Shown: positions 1-9,526, counted from the stretch's first letter. The stretch: 64,000 nucleotides of DNA from Bacteriovoracaceae bacterium (GCA_964231135.1 CAXRIU010000021.1:157427-221426), one strand, 5' to 3'. Translations and numbers: made by a program. The notes: generated by a model not told the origin, from the sequence alone.

Positions 1-3000
1 CCAGCGATAGATAAATAGGTCACATCATTTGAAGCGAATGAGCCATCAGTTGAAGCGTCAAATATGATACTTTCCATCTGACCTGCTATACTTGTATTTT
101 CTGAAACAGTGTTTATAGTAGGATCTAGCGTCCCACCTTTTTCCCCGTCAGCAGCGATAACATGTTTTTCTACCACTATTTGTTTATTGATTGTAACGTA
201 CGCTGTGTATTGAACGATTGGGTCTGTTGAACTTGGATCAATCCAAGTTGCAATTTGCCCTAAACCAGTATTAGAAGTAGAGTTATTATCATAGGCCATA
301 TGAGTAGATAGGTTAGGAACCACTGTAAAGCTCCATGCTTGACCTAGACCTCCTGAACCAATTGCTGTAGAAGAGTCCATTGGCCCTCCAGTATCGGTAC
401 AGTCATCATTAGTGGCATCGTATGCTTCTTTAAGAGTTTGAGTCCCGTCTATAAATCCATCGTCACCTAAACAAAGTTTTACTTGAGCAGTGGTGGTTGC
501 AAATTGATTGGAGCTTGCGACTTCAATAATTTCCGAGCTTGGAGTCCAAACTAAAATTCTCTCGTTAGCTCCTTCAATTGGAAACCAATTCGTTCCACCA
601 TCGTAACTAACAACCCATTGGTAATCGATGTTTTTACCATCTGCAGTTGAAGCGTCAGAAATAGGACCTGGATCAAGAGTGACTGGCAGTCCGGCCATAA
701 TAGTTAGGTTACCCGGAAGAGCAGGATCAACCTGTCCAGCATCATCAAAACTAGGATCAGGGTTATCATTATTTATTGGGATTCTAACATAAACTGAATC
801 AGAGCTTCTACAACCTGGTTTATCAGTTGTATTACAATCAGTTCCATTTACTGCACTAGAGGCAGCACCTGGAAGATCCGTTACTGAAATTTTGTAATAA
901 GCGATACCACGTCCATTTGCATCCACCTGATCTGTTGTAGAGATGGCATCAAAACGGATTTGATGATTAATGGCAACTGTATTAGTTGCTTGATCTACAT
1001 CTCCCCAGTTCACCGTAGTGGTCGCTACATCCGGAACGAGGGTAACGAGTTTTGAAGCATCAAATGACCCGTCTGTAGGGTCACACTCTGTCACTGCTGT
1101 GGCAAGGTCTTCTGTACAATATAGTTGGTCGATCGTAATTTTGTGTTGATCTCTTTGATTATCAGTCACCTGAACATGAAATTGAATGAGTTCACCCTCT
1201 GCAAGTCCTGGATCTACAGAGAGATCCTCTCCAAGGGTAATAGGCGTTCCCGGAGTTGTAGTTAGAGAAACATAAGAAGTTGTTGTCCCTGAATCAACAA
1301 AGTCGGCAATTGCTACATCATCATTATAATCTTGAACATCATCTACAAGCCACTGCACTTCATTAGATGCTTGACCATTTCCCGGATCATATGGTGATCC
1401 ATTATCTCTAACTTTTGCACTAATAGTGTAAGATGCACTTGAATAGGTAAGCGGTCCACTAGCATTAAAAGGATTGATAATAATATCACATTCATAGGCT
1501 TCATTATCATTTGTGTCACTGGAGTCGATATCAATTGCGTTATCACCAGTATAATTACAATCTGAAAGAGAGTACTTATTAGGCATATCACCATCTGCGA
1601 GTTCTCCATTAACATAAATCTCAAGCGTGAAGTTAGCAGATTCATTAGTCGCACTGGTATCATATGGATCGTAATCATCATCTTCCACTTCAATTCTTAG
1701 CCGAACTGGTCTCGCAGTTTCAGTGATATCGTAGTCCGCTTTATTATCTCCCCAAGTCATTTTACAACCAGAGTATTTGGTTGTGGTTTCACTTGAACAA
1801 TCTAACACCTGGTATCGGCTTCCTGCTGCAATAGGAGCTGTCGTATCTGAAGGCAACTCTACGTCGGCAATAGTGATAACAGGTGGAGTATTTGCCTGAC
1901 GAACTCTTAGCGTATAGTCATAGCGCTGGATTTGGTTGTATCCTTTATATTTTGTTTGTGATGTGGTTCCTGTGTACTTATCATAAACGACAATCGATAG
2001 GGTATGAGACTCTTTCGTCGTATTACTTGGTAGGTCATAAGAATAATCATTATATCCGTCTTCTGATAGGCAATAAGTTGTTGCCGCCGCTGAGCCAGCA
2101 TCATATTCGTTGACCATTTGAATATCAATAGCACCAGAGATTGGAAGTCCATCGATTAAATAGTCTACCCAAATACCGTCACCGTTGACACCATCAAGAG
2201 TTGTATCTGCGTCAGTCTCAGTTGCGTAAACACAAAAATCAATTGCGTTGGCAAGAGTTGTTTCTGGAATGAGAAAACCACCGGCGCTAATAGCTGTTTC
2301 ATCTATTGCCGTAACAATTGTCCCCGAAGTTGGTGTCGCATTACCAAGTGTGGTACTAGTACCAAGTGCAACGGAAGCAAAGGCTGGTGTTGAGTTAGTT
2401 ATTTGCCAAAGTTTTGCATCATATTGTGATCCAGAAGAATCTGTCAGTAATAACTGAATCGCGTATATACCTGTTCCAGCATAGTAACTTGAACTAGAGC
2501 TTGGATCAAAATCGAAGTCGACATCAAGAGAAGTAAGAGAAGTTGTTCCTGACTCACCTGATACAGCGGCACCGTTTACATACCATTGGTAGTTAACTGA
2601 ATTCACTCCATCAGGATTTTGAATGGTCGCATCGATTGTCGTCGCTGCACTTGATATTGTTGTGGTAAAAACACTTGCCGTACTTGAAAAGATGGATGGA
2701 GTGGTTTCAGAGATAACAGTAATCGTCCAACTTCTAGAATCAAAAATTTGAGTTCCACCATCATCAAGAAGTTGTACTTCAATAATATAAGTTCCCTCTG
2801 ATCTTGCTGTGTGATTAAAAGTTATAGAAGAAGTCGTCGCATAAAGAGACCTCGTGTTATTTGAATCAGTGATATACCAACGAAGTTGATAGCCATTGGA
2901 GTAGGGATCTGAAACCGTTACGGCATGTGAAACCGCTGCATCAGCATAAGAAATTGTATAAGAAGCTGAAGGAGTTACACTTGAAATATTAACTGTTTGT

Positions 3001-3146
3001 CCATTGGCACCTAAGGTTGCAACACAACGCCTTTGAGCAGAGTCATAAGCTTCATTACTTCCACATTGAGTTGTTTTTTCTTGGGGAAGACATCCCGCAA
3101 GTGTGATCAAACAAATTAAATAGAGTCCTTTAATAATTTTCAGCAT
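1..3146 (-). CDS. Large repetitive surface lipoprotein, N-terminal part only (ORF runs off the left window edge; at least 1048 codons)
   Basis: Absent from the ORF track because it has no stop inside the window. Minus-strand translation from ATG 3146..3144 (GAGGAA about 6 nt upstream) gives MLKIIKGLYLICLITLAGCLPQEKTTQCGS..., a signal peptide plus lipobox LAGC. No in-frame stop in the stretches checked codon by codon (1-105, 1320-1440, 1680-1830, 2460-2520, 2940-3146). T/S/D/N-rich composition resembles the neighbouring 1683-aa protein. Confidence 0.75.
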   Translation of the reverse strand, partial: MLKIIKGLYLICLITLAGCLPQEKTTQCGSNEAYDSAQRRCVATLGANGQTVNISSVTPSASYTISYADAAVSHAVTVSDPYSNGYQLRWYITDSNNTRSLYATTSSITFNHTARSEGTYIIEVQLLDDGGTQIFDSRSWTITVISETTPSIFSSTASVFTTTISSAATTIDATIQNPDGVNSVNYQWYVNGAAVSGESGTTSLTSLDVDFDFDPSSSSSYYAGTGIYAIQLLLTDSSGSQYDAKLWQITNSTPAFASVALGTSTTLGNATPTSGTIVTAIDETAISAGGFLIPETTLANAIDFCVYATETDADTTLDGVNGDGIWVDYLIDGLPISGAIDIQMVNEYDAGSAAATTYCLSEDGYNDYSYDLPSNTTKESHTLSIVVYDKYTGTTSQTKYKGYNQIQRYDYTLRVRQANTPPVITIADVELPSDTTAPIAAGSRYQVLDCSSETTTKYSGCKMTWGDNKADYDITETARPVRLRIEVEDDDYDPYDTSATNESANFTLEIYVNGELADGDMPNKYSLSDCNYTGDNAIDIDSSDTNDNEAYECDIIINPFNASGPLTYSSASYTISAKVRDNGSPYDPGNGQASNEVQWLVDDVQDYNDDVAIADFVDSGTTTSYVSLTTTPGTPITLGEDLSVDPGLAEGELIQFHVQVTDNQRDQHKITIDQLYCTEDLATAVTECDPTDGSFDASKLVTLVPDVATTTVNWGDVDQATNTVAINHQIRFDAISTTDQVDANGRGIAYYKISVTDLPGAASSAVNGTDCNTTDKPGCRSSDSVYVRIPINNDNPDPSFDDAGQVDPALPGNLTIMAGLPVTLDPGPISDASTADGKNIDYQWVVSYDGGTNWFPIEGANERILVWTPSSEIIEVASSNQFATTTAQVKLCLGDDGFIDGTQTLKEAYDATNDDCTDTGGPMDSSTAIGSGGLGQAWSFTVVPNLSTHMAYDNNSTSNTGLGQIATWIDPSSTDPIVQYTAYVTINKQIVVEKHVIAADGEKGGTLDPTINTVSENTSIAGQMESIIFDASTDGSFASNDVTYLSIA

Positions 3147-3165
3147 ATGAGTTCCTCATCTACAT

Positions 3166-3193
3166 ATATCGGACTTAAAAAACAGAAACTTAA
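3166..3193 (-). promoter_or_regulatory. sigma-28 (FliA)-like promoter for the truncated giant lipoprotein gene
   Basis: Minus strand reads TTAAGTTT-N12-TCCGATAT, versus the enteric FliA consensus TAAAGTTT-N11-GCCGATAA. The -10 ends about 19 nt before the ATG at 3146. Confidence 0.45.
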
Positions 3194-3339
3194 AGGTTTC
3201 TTGTTTTATACCTAATTATCGCATGATGAAATGGTCGAAATATAATATCGATTACTTACCTAATGATTTTGAAAATTGGGTGGGTAAAACTGACCATTTT
3301 TGGAGACTAATAGAATAGCTAAGTGTTGAATATTTTAAT

Positions 3340-4305
3340 TTAAGCTATATCCTTCTTAGAAGAAGAGTAGTCTTCAAGACCTTTTGCCATCTCCATAAAA
3401 TCACTTATTTGAGCCTGACGTTTTTGATAGAGCGCCATGAATTGCTCAAGCTTTAAGCTTTCATCTTGAGAAAGATCAACTGTCACGATCGTTGAAACGT
3501 CGTTTTCTGCAGAGATACTTTGAATCTTTCCGGCTATCAAGAGTTCTACTCGACATCGGTCATAAAGAAATACTATTTGAACCTCAATATCTTCATCTTC
3601 TGCCAGTCCAATCGCCTGCTCAGTTTTTACTTCGAACTCTAATTCGTTGGAGTCAAAATGTTCTAAGAAGAACTGACTATTCTGTGGAAGATCCTGAGAA
3701 ATATTTAATTCCATTCTTCCAGATTCAAGGTTTACGCCACCTATTTTAGGATGCTCTAAAGCCTGGTAATGAAATGTATCGTCTTCAAGAGTGTCAGTTA
3801 CTGACTCTATTCGACTTGAACCAATAACTTCAGCATTGGGAGCTTCAAGTTTTTGAGTCCCTGGAATTTCCTCTTCAAAAATATCCAGCATCTCCATTTC
3901 AGGATCGTTCATAAGAAGGTCTTCATCAAAACCTTCAATAGATTCAATTAATCTCTCGGCTGAAACTTTAAAATTATAAAAATCACTACAACCGTATCTT
4001 TTAAGTATGGCCACGGACTCTCTTGAATAGTCCTTAAGGATGGCCACTGGTTTCAATTTCCCAGAAGAAATTTTGGATTTAAAACGTTTTAAAAGTAAAG
4101 AGATCTGAGAAAGGTCCTGTTTGTCATTAACTAAAAATAGGAAAAGGCAAGCCTTAGTTTGATTCAAATAATCTGAAGCCTCCAGGGGAGTATCTAGAGA
4201 ATTAAAATTAAAACCTTCGTCATCGCTAAAATGCTCAGTGATTTCTCGAGGCAGCATAGCGTCTGAGTTAAAATTAAAAAATAGAATACTTGTTTGCTCT
4301 GTCAT
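3340..4305 (-). CDS. Hypothetical acidic cytoplasmic protein (possible degenerate receiver-like N-terminus and PilZ-like C-terminal beta-barrel)
   Basis: 321-aa ORF with no signal peptide. The N-terminal alpha/beta pattern (CLFLFLVND...KPVAILKDY...AILKRYGCSDF) is receiver-like without a clear phospho-acceptor context. The C-terminus (ELNISQD...EVQIVFLYDRCRVELLIAGKIQSI) is PilZ-like but lacks RxxxR and D/NxSxxG. Confidence 0.6.
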   Translation of the reverse strand: MTEQTSILFFNFNSDAMLPREITEHFSDDEGFNFNSLDTPLEASDYLNQTKACLFLFLVNDKQDLSQISLLLKRFKSKISSGKLKPVAILKDYSRESVAILKRYGCSDFYNFKVSAERLIESIEGFDEDLLMNDPEMEMLDIFEEEIPGTQKLEAPNAEVIGSSRIESVTDTLEDDTFHYQALEHPKIGGVNLESGRMELNISQDLPQNSQFFLEHFDSNELEFEVKTEQAIGLAEDEDIEVQIVFLYDRCRVELLIAGKIQSISAENDVSTIVTVDLSQDESLKLEQFMALYQKRQAQISDFMEMAKGLEDYSSSKKDIA

Positions 4306-4342
4306 ATGAACTTAATTTTATCACCTTTAGGAGTCCTTAAGC

Positions 4343-4369
4343 CTATCGGCTAAAAAAAAAATTAAGTTA
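4343..4369 (-). promoter_or_regulatory. Weak sigma-28-like promoter candidate for the 321-aa gene
   Basis: Minus strand reads TAACTTAA-N11(T10A)-GCCGATAG. The -10 is good; the -35 matches only TAA. Confidence 0.25.
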
Positions 4370-4456
4370 TGGAAATTAGGTAAAAAGTATTAAGAAAATA
4401 TGAAGAGAATTTCGGCAATTATGGAGAAATCTTATGATTTGACTACTATTTGTGGC

Positions 4457-7400
4457 TCAGTTTGAAAATTGACCTATTATCCCACAGCTAGCATGGGGAG
4501 CGTCGTCAGTTCCATCAGTCCCAGTTGTATCAGTCTGACAATGCATCAGGTAGACAGCATTTGCCCCATCAAGGATTTCAATATCATTAGTTGTCCCCTC
4601 AGAGTAGTGGTAGTAAAAATCGAGACCATCGTCCGAGCCTTTGTCACTGGTAGAGTCTGAGAATAGGTCGGAACCACTAGTGTTATAGAAGATGGTATAC
4701 CCTGAATTGATTGTCGTGCCGTTAGGAGACTTCTCGATATTGGCAGCAATGATATCGTTGATGCCATCAGAGTTGACATCACCAATTCCAAAACCAGCGT
4801 CAGTTATACTTGAATTGAGTGAAAGGGTATCTACGAGTTGAAAAAAACCAGCCAGAGAACTATTTCTGTTTTCATAAAAATAAAGAACATTGACGGTGTT
4901 AAAAGTCTGGATCACCATATCGTCTAAGTCATCACCGGTGATGTCTCCAAATTTGATTTCACGAATTGCCTCTCCACTAGGAGCAGAAATAATTGTGTCA
5001 CAAGTTGTGTTTAGATCAGTCCCGTTATTTCCTAGGATACAAACCTTATGATTCCCATCTGAACTATCAACATAAGCAATTAAAGCGTCGTTATCTCCAT
5101 CGTTATCCATATCATAACTTCTTACGAATGTTATGCTGGCCACATCTGCTCCACCGCTGGCGGCAGCTGCTACAGCAGTCGGTCCAGTTATCGTAGCCGC
5201 AGTACTGAGAGGGTTAGTTGCATCAAGTTCAATTTTATAAGTTTGCAGTACTGCACCTGAATATCCGACAGTAAAAAGAGTTTTCTGTGCGGTAGCTGCT
5301 CCTGGTACAATTCCATATTGAGTGGCGGCAGTGGTCGCAGTTATAGAACTGGCAGCTTCAGTAAAACTATCAATTGTTACCACACCCGTATCGCTTAGGT
5401 AGGCGAGTGCCGACTCACCTGTTTCATAATAAAAAGGAGCGGCAGCACGGGCATCTATATTTTGGCCTACAGTAAAAGCAGTTTCAAGTCCATCGTATAG
5501 GGCCGTTGAGCCGGTGTTTTGTACATAAGCGGCAGCTTGAATTGTACCTGCACAGCCAATCCCATCGGTATCACCTTCGCAGTAAGTATCAAAAATAATA
5601 ATATCTTCATTTGAATCAGAATCGATATCAAACTTCATGATCTTAAATCTATGAGCTGAGTCGGTTCCATCAAGCGGAGTTAAAACATGATTGGACTGAA
5701 CGGTAATACTTTCTTCTTGAGATAATGTAATCCCTGAAAGAGTTCTTGATGCTGAATAAGTAAAAGTTCTTCGACCTAGTAATGAGTTATCCGTTTTCGC
5801 GATCTGTCCTGTTGTTCCATTAAAAGTAAAAGGGGTGGGAAGATTAGACTGAGTCGTGAGGGTAAAACTACCTTTATGACAATTTGAAGTGTCAGGTGTG
5901 TATCCATCGGCATTATCAAGAGTTCCCGTATTTAAACTGGAAGCATCGATTGTTAAGTGTGTTTCCCCTGAAAAGCGAGTAGAGTTTGGCTCAAACGTAA
6001 AATTAGGGCCATCTCCAACAATCACTCGTAGAGTCTCTAATTGTCCCGAATTTGCTGGGTTTCTTGAACCACCACTCCAGAGAGTTCCACTATTTCTCGC
6101 TTCAACTTGCACGGAGTATTCACGAATTTCATCTCCAAAACATTGATTGGTTCCTGGTTGTTCGAATTCACAAGCAAAACCACCATTAAAATCTGTTGTC
6201 GCTCCTGTGTAGCCAGTTTCTCCGGTGAAATCTGAGACAATTTCTGTTTCGATATTATTACCGCTCCCCAGATCAGTCGCCGTACAATAGGCTTCAGTTG
6301 TCGCTCCGGAGTTGTCAGAATCATACATCGAGATTAAGCCACCATTAGCTTCAGGTGTATAAGCATTACTTCCATCGGCGGCAAGACCTCCGCGAATCAT
6401 AATAGTATTTCCATATTTAGAATAGGAGTAATCAGGTTCTTCTTCGACGACAAGAATATCGATCGTATCACTAACGTTTGCCGTTCCAAAACTCTCATTC
6501 GTGACACCACCGCCACCAATATTTTCTGCAGTAAGAGCAAACTGATAGGTTGAATTTCCAAAAGGGGATGCCCCTCCATTTGTTGGATCATAAGCTCGGT
6601 ACTCTGAAGGGGTGACTCCTGAAAAGGCCATCCATGCAGCATTGGTACCAGTTGTGTCGCAATCACTTTGAGTTGTATAAGTCGATGCGAGAGGCGTTCC
6701 TGCATCTACTATATAGCAAATAGAATTCTCTTCATTCCATGCTCTGAAATAAGTTTCACGGCATTCCGTTTCATCAGTAATTGTTCCGTCCGCTACTTCG
6801 GTTGAGATGTCTACACATTGACCTGATAGAGTAACAAAGTTTCCATCTTCAATACCAACATTAAGAAGAGTATTTATATTCCAACCATCAACATTTGATA
6901 CGGTATAAGTTGAAATAAATCCTGCTGCTCCAGTATCATAATCACTACCAGTAACTGCAACTGAACTATCCATCTCATCACCAACAGTAAGGACAACAAT
7001 ATCATTATCGTCCACTCCATCATCATCATAATCTTCGGCACCAACGGCATAAAATTCATCAGCTTCAATGGTTCCACTAGAGTCGGTATCAAGACTTAGG
7101 TTTGAAATATCAAAATTAACAATGACAGGTTCAGAAAGAGTACCTTTGCTGTTAGTAACTGTAATGGTGGCCGTATAAAAAGGATTCGCGGCTTCAACTG
7201 GTGTTCCTGAAATCGTACCATTTTTTGAGTTAAGAGTTAGTCCAGCAGGCATTTCACCCGAGGTTATAGAAAAAGTGCCTTGTCCACCTACATAAGTCGG
7301 AGCATAGCTAGCACTACTAAAAAGCGTAAACGTTAAGGTGTCAGAATTATCTGCATCAGGATCAGCTGAAGCATAACCATCACCGCTATAATCTAGGCTT

Positions 7401-9490
7401 TGAGGTGCGACTATTGTATTTGTCGAAATCGCAATAGACTCACTCACTGACCCTGCGCTATTAGTTCCTACAATCGTATAGTATTTAACAGGTAGGATTT
7501 CATCCGGCGTACCACTAATGACACCTGTCGTGAGGTCAATACTTAAACCGTCAGGAAGTTTCGGTGTAATTGAATAGCTTGTTGGAACTCCTGAGCCTTG
7601 CGGAACAGTGGGGAAGATACAATTTCCTCCAGATACCCCAAGTGCTTCCACTCCATCTTGTAGTTCAAATACATTTAGAGAGTCGTTCTTATAAGCACAG
7701 ACAGTGCTATCAATATTACTATAACCTAAACTCTGAGGGGCAGAGACTCCAACTTCAAGAGTAAAAGTATGGGTGCTTGTTTTATCTGTGGTTCCATCAC
7801 CGTAAAGAGTGTAACCCGTTACAGTGAAACTCGTTTCACTGAGTTGAACCAAAGGAGTTCCGGTAATTTCTCCGGTTTGGTCATTGAGTTCAAGTCCAGA
7901 AGGAAGAGCAGCTGAAATAGTGTATTTGGTCGCCCTTGCGGAGTTCTGTGGATTTTTCCCATCATCAGTTGGGTTAATCGTCGTCGCACCACTTGTATCA
8001 ATCCATGCAGCATTGGTTCCATTGGCATCACAGGTGGCCTGAGTCGCAAAACCGGTGGCCAGAGGAGTTGTAGCATCAATTATATAACAGACACTATTTT
8101 CCTCATTCCAAGCACGAAGAACAGTATTTCTACAAATAGTTTCATTTGTTATATCTGTATCTTGGGTTCCACCACTAATATCAATACAATGATCTGAAGG
8201 TGGTACATATTGAGACAGGCTATATGAGTCTTGATATCCAAGGTCAGTAGAGTCTTCTGGATAGTCTTCTGCAACATCGAGGGTAAAAGTATCAGAGATG
8301 GTAACGGTTCCTGTGACATCGCTAGCGGAAGTGACATCCACATCGATATCTCTATGAAGTGTTCCTGTTGGAGTTCCGTATATACGTCCATCTGAAGTAT
8401 CAAAATTCAAACCAATCGCCTGAATGGCCGCCAGATCTGTTGCTTCCATAACGAAACCTGTTGCGCCCGGGTCTCCACCAACATAGGTTGGAGTAATAGC
8501 CTTTATTTTTGCACCAACTTGAACTACATATGCATTTATGGTGGCGTCGTTATTAGCAGGATAATCTAAACTCACTGCTGGTTCTTCGAAAGTCAATGTG
8601 ATTGTTGTGGTGTCTTCTCCCACTTCGTTATAGACCCGTACTTCAAATGAGCTAATGCCAGTATAAGCAGTAGGTGTTCCAGAGATAACCCCAGTGTCAG
8701 TATCAAAGTCTAATCCCGCAGGAAGACTTGGATTTATCTCAAAACTAGAATCTGCTATCGGGGTATCTAATTGTGCCGTCATCGTTGTGATGGCCGTTCC
8801 AACGTCCACAGTTTGTGCATCGTTAGTATAAGGAGTCGTTCCGTCAAAAACTGGAGCTGCCTTTCTCACCGAAATTAAAACATTCGTTGAAACTGAACCT
8901 GTACTATTACTTGCCGTAATTTTATAGGTCTTAGATTCGACGACTGTTGGTGTACCAGAGATAACACCTGTGGTTTGGTCGATACTTAGTCCGGCTGGGA
9001 GGTCATCACTAATTTCATAGCTTGTCACCGTTCCGCCAGAAGTTGTAGGTGAGTAACTGGTACTGCTATCGCCTTTTTCAAAAGCAAGAATTGAAACACT
9101 ATAACTTAAAGTTGCCGGAGCCTCATCTAAGACTTCGATATTGATGAATGCCACTTCGGTTTCGCCCTCTGAGGTTGAAGCCGTTACTCTGAAACTTGTT
9201 TCTGATAAGGTTTCAGTTGGAGTTCCCGAAATTTCACCAGTCGTGGTATCGAATACAAGTCCTGATGGTAGATCTGGAGTGATTTCAAATGCAGCATCAA
9301 AAATTTCATTAGGGTATAGGCTTACATCAGTAGTGTTTTCGATTGCAGATAGCGTAGTAGCGTTATAGGTAAAGGTCGCCGATGATAGAGATAAGGCCCC
9401 TAAATCGACGTCTTCTTGCTTGGTTGGATTACACGAAACCAGCAAAATTATAATTAGAATTTGTAAGCTACCCAAAACACTACTCATCAT
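4457..9490 (-). CDS. Giant surface lipoprotein with He_PIG/cadherin-like Ig repeats and C-terminal FG-GAP/VCBS-type calcium-binding repeats
   Basis: ORF track gives 4457..9508 with a TTG start; ATG-ATG at 9490/9487 is more likely (MMSSVLGSLQILIIILLVSC, lipobox LVSC). About eight copies of LPxGLxxDxxTGxISGTP. C-terminal DxDxDG-type loops (YDMDNDGDNDALIA, GDITGDDLDDMVI, GDVNSDGINDIIA, FDIDSDSNEDIIIF). Confidence 0.9.
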   Translation of the reverse strand: MMSSVLGSLQILIIILLVSCNPTKQEDVDLGALSLSSATFTYNATTLSAIENTTDVSLYPNEIFDAAFEITPDLPSGLVFDTTTGEISGTPTETLSETSFRVTASTSEGETEVAFINIEVLDEAPATLSYSVSILAFEKGDSSTSYSPTTSGGTVTSYEISDDLPAGLSIDQTTGVISGTPTVVESKTYKITASNSTGSVSTNVLISVRKAAPVFDGTTPYTNDAQTVDVGTAITTMTAQLDTPIADSSFEINPSLPAGLDFDTDTGVISGTPTAYTGISSFEVRVYNEVGEDTTTITLTFEEPAVSLDYPANNDATINAYVVQVGAKIKAITPTYVGGDPGATGFVMEATDLAAIQAIGLNFDTSDGRIYGTPTGTLHRDIDVDVTSASDVTGTVTISDTFTLDVAEDYPEDSTDLGYQDSYSLSQYVPPSDHCIDISGGTQDTDITNETICRNTVLRAWNEENSVCYIIDATTPLATGFATQATCDANGTNAAWIDTSGATTINPTDDGKNPQNSARATKYTISAALPSGLELNDQTGEITGTPLVQLSETSFTVTGYTLYGDGTTDKTSTHTFTLEVGVSAPQSLGYSNIDSTVCAYKNDSLNVFELQDGVEALGVSGGNCIFPTVPQGSGVPTSYSITPKLPDGLSIDLTTGVISGTPDEILPVKYYTIVGTNSAGSVSESIAISTNTIVAPQSLDYSGDGYASADPDADNSDTLTFTLFSSASYAPTYVGGQGTFSITSGEMPAGLTLNSKNGTISGTPVEAANPFYTATITVTNSKGTLSEPVIVNFDISNLSLDTDSSGTIEADEFYAVGAEDYDDDGVDDNDIVVLTVGDEMDSSVAVTGSDYDTGAAGFISTYTVSNVDGWNINTLLNVGIEDGNFVTLSGQCVDISTEVADGTITDETECRETYFRAWNEENSICYIVDAGTPLASTYTTQSDCDTTGTNAAWMAFSGVTPSEYRAYDPTNGGASPFGNSTYQFALTAENIGGGGVTNESFGTANVSDTIDILVVEEEPDYSYSKYGNTIMIRGGLAADGSNAYTPEANGGLISMYDSDNSGATTEAYCTATDLGSGNNIETEIVSDFTGETGYTGATTDFNGGFACEFEQPGTNQCFGDEIREYSVQVEARNSGTLWSGGSRNPANSGQLETLRVIVGDGPNFTFEPNSTRFSGETHLTIDASSLNTGTLDNADGYTPDTSNCHKGSFTLTTQSNLPTPFTFNGTTGQIAKTDNSLLGRRTFTYSASRTLSGITLSQEESITVQSNHVLTPLDGTDSAHRFKIMKFDIDSDSNEDIIIFDTYCEGDTDGIGCAGTIQAAAYVQNTGSTALYDGLETAFTVGQNIDARAAAPFYYETGESALAYLSDTGVVTIDSFTEAASSITATTAATQYGIVPGAATAQKTLFTVGYSGAVLQTYKIELDATNPLSTAATITGPTAVAAAASGGADVASITFVRSYDMDNDGDNDALIAYVDSSDGNHKVCILGNNGTDLNTTCDTIISAPSGEAIREIKFGDITGDDLDDMVIQTFNTVNVLYFYENRNSSLAGFFQLVDTLSLNSSITDAGFGIGDVNSDGINDIIAANIEKSPNGTTINSGYTIFYNTSGSDLFSDSTSDKGSDDGLDFYYHYSEGTTNDIEILDGANAVYLMHCQTDTTGTDGTDDAPHASCGIIGQFSN

Positions 9491-9498
9491 TATCTCTC

Positions 9499-9526
9499 GT
9501 ATCGGCAAAGAATTCCGGTGGCTTAA
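9499..9526 (-). promoter_or_regulatory. sigma-28-like promoter candidate directly abutting the giant lipoprotein start codon
   Basis: Minus strand reads TTAAGCCA-N12-GCCGATAC. The -10 ends only 8 nt before ATG 9490, implying a leaderless or near-leaderless mRNA if real. Confidence 0.3.

Noticed and set aside
3177-3201. The hairpin AGAAAC-TTAAAG-GTTTCT, followed on the minus strand by T6, initially read as the terminator of the 3340-4305 gene.
   Set aside because: It has only a 6-bp AT-rich stem and overlaps the -35/spacer of the sigma-28-like promoter at 3166-3193. I cannot tell which reading, if either, is right, so it is not listed as a terminator.
4469-9368. About a dozen 60-100-aa ORFs in the track on both strands inside the giant lipoprotein gene (for example 4469-4660, 4546-4791, 5889-6146, 6397-6705, 7819-8079, 9141-9368). 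Similar nested ORFs occur inside secD, queA, cheA, uvrA, cysS and others.
   Set aside because: They are fully nested in or antisense to long ORFs with clear protein-family signatures. They have odd composition (M/L/I/Q-rich or low complexity) and no start context, so they are treated as frame shadows.
9491-9508. N-terminal extensions proposed by the ORF track for several genes: 9508 (TTG), 11088, 13550, 19212, 32976, 52138, 56356 and 59138 (TTG).
   Set aside because: In each case an internal ATG gives a canonical signal peptide, lipobox or family N-terminus and removes an overlap with the neighbouring gene or a regulatory element. The shorter starts were used.
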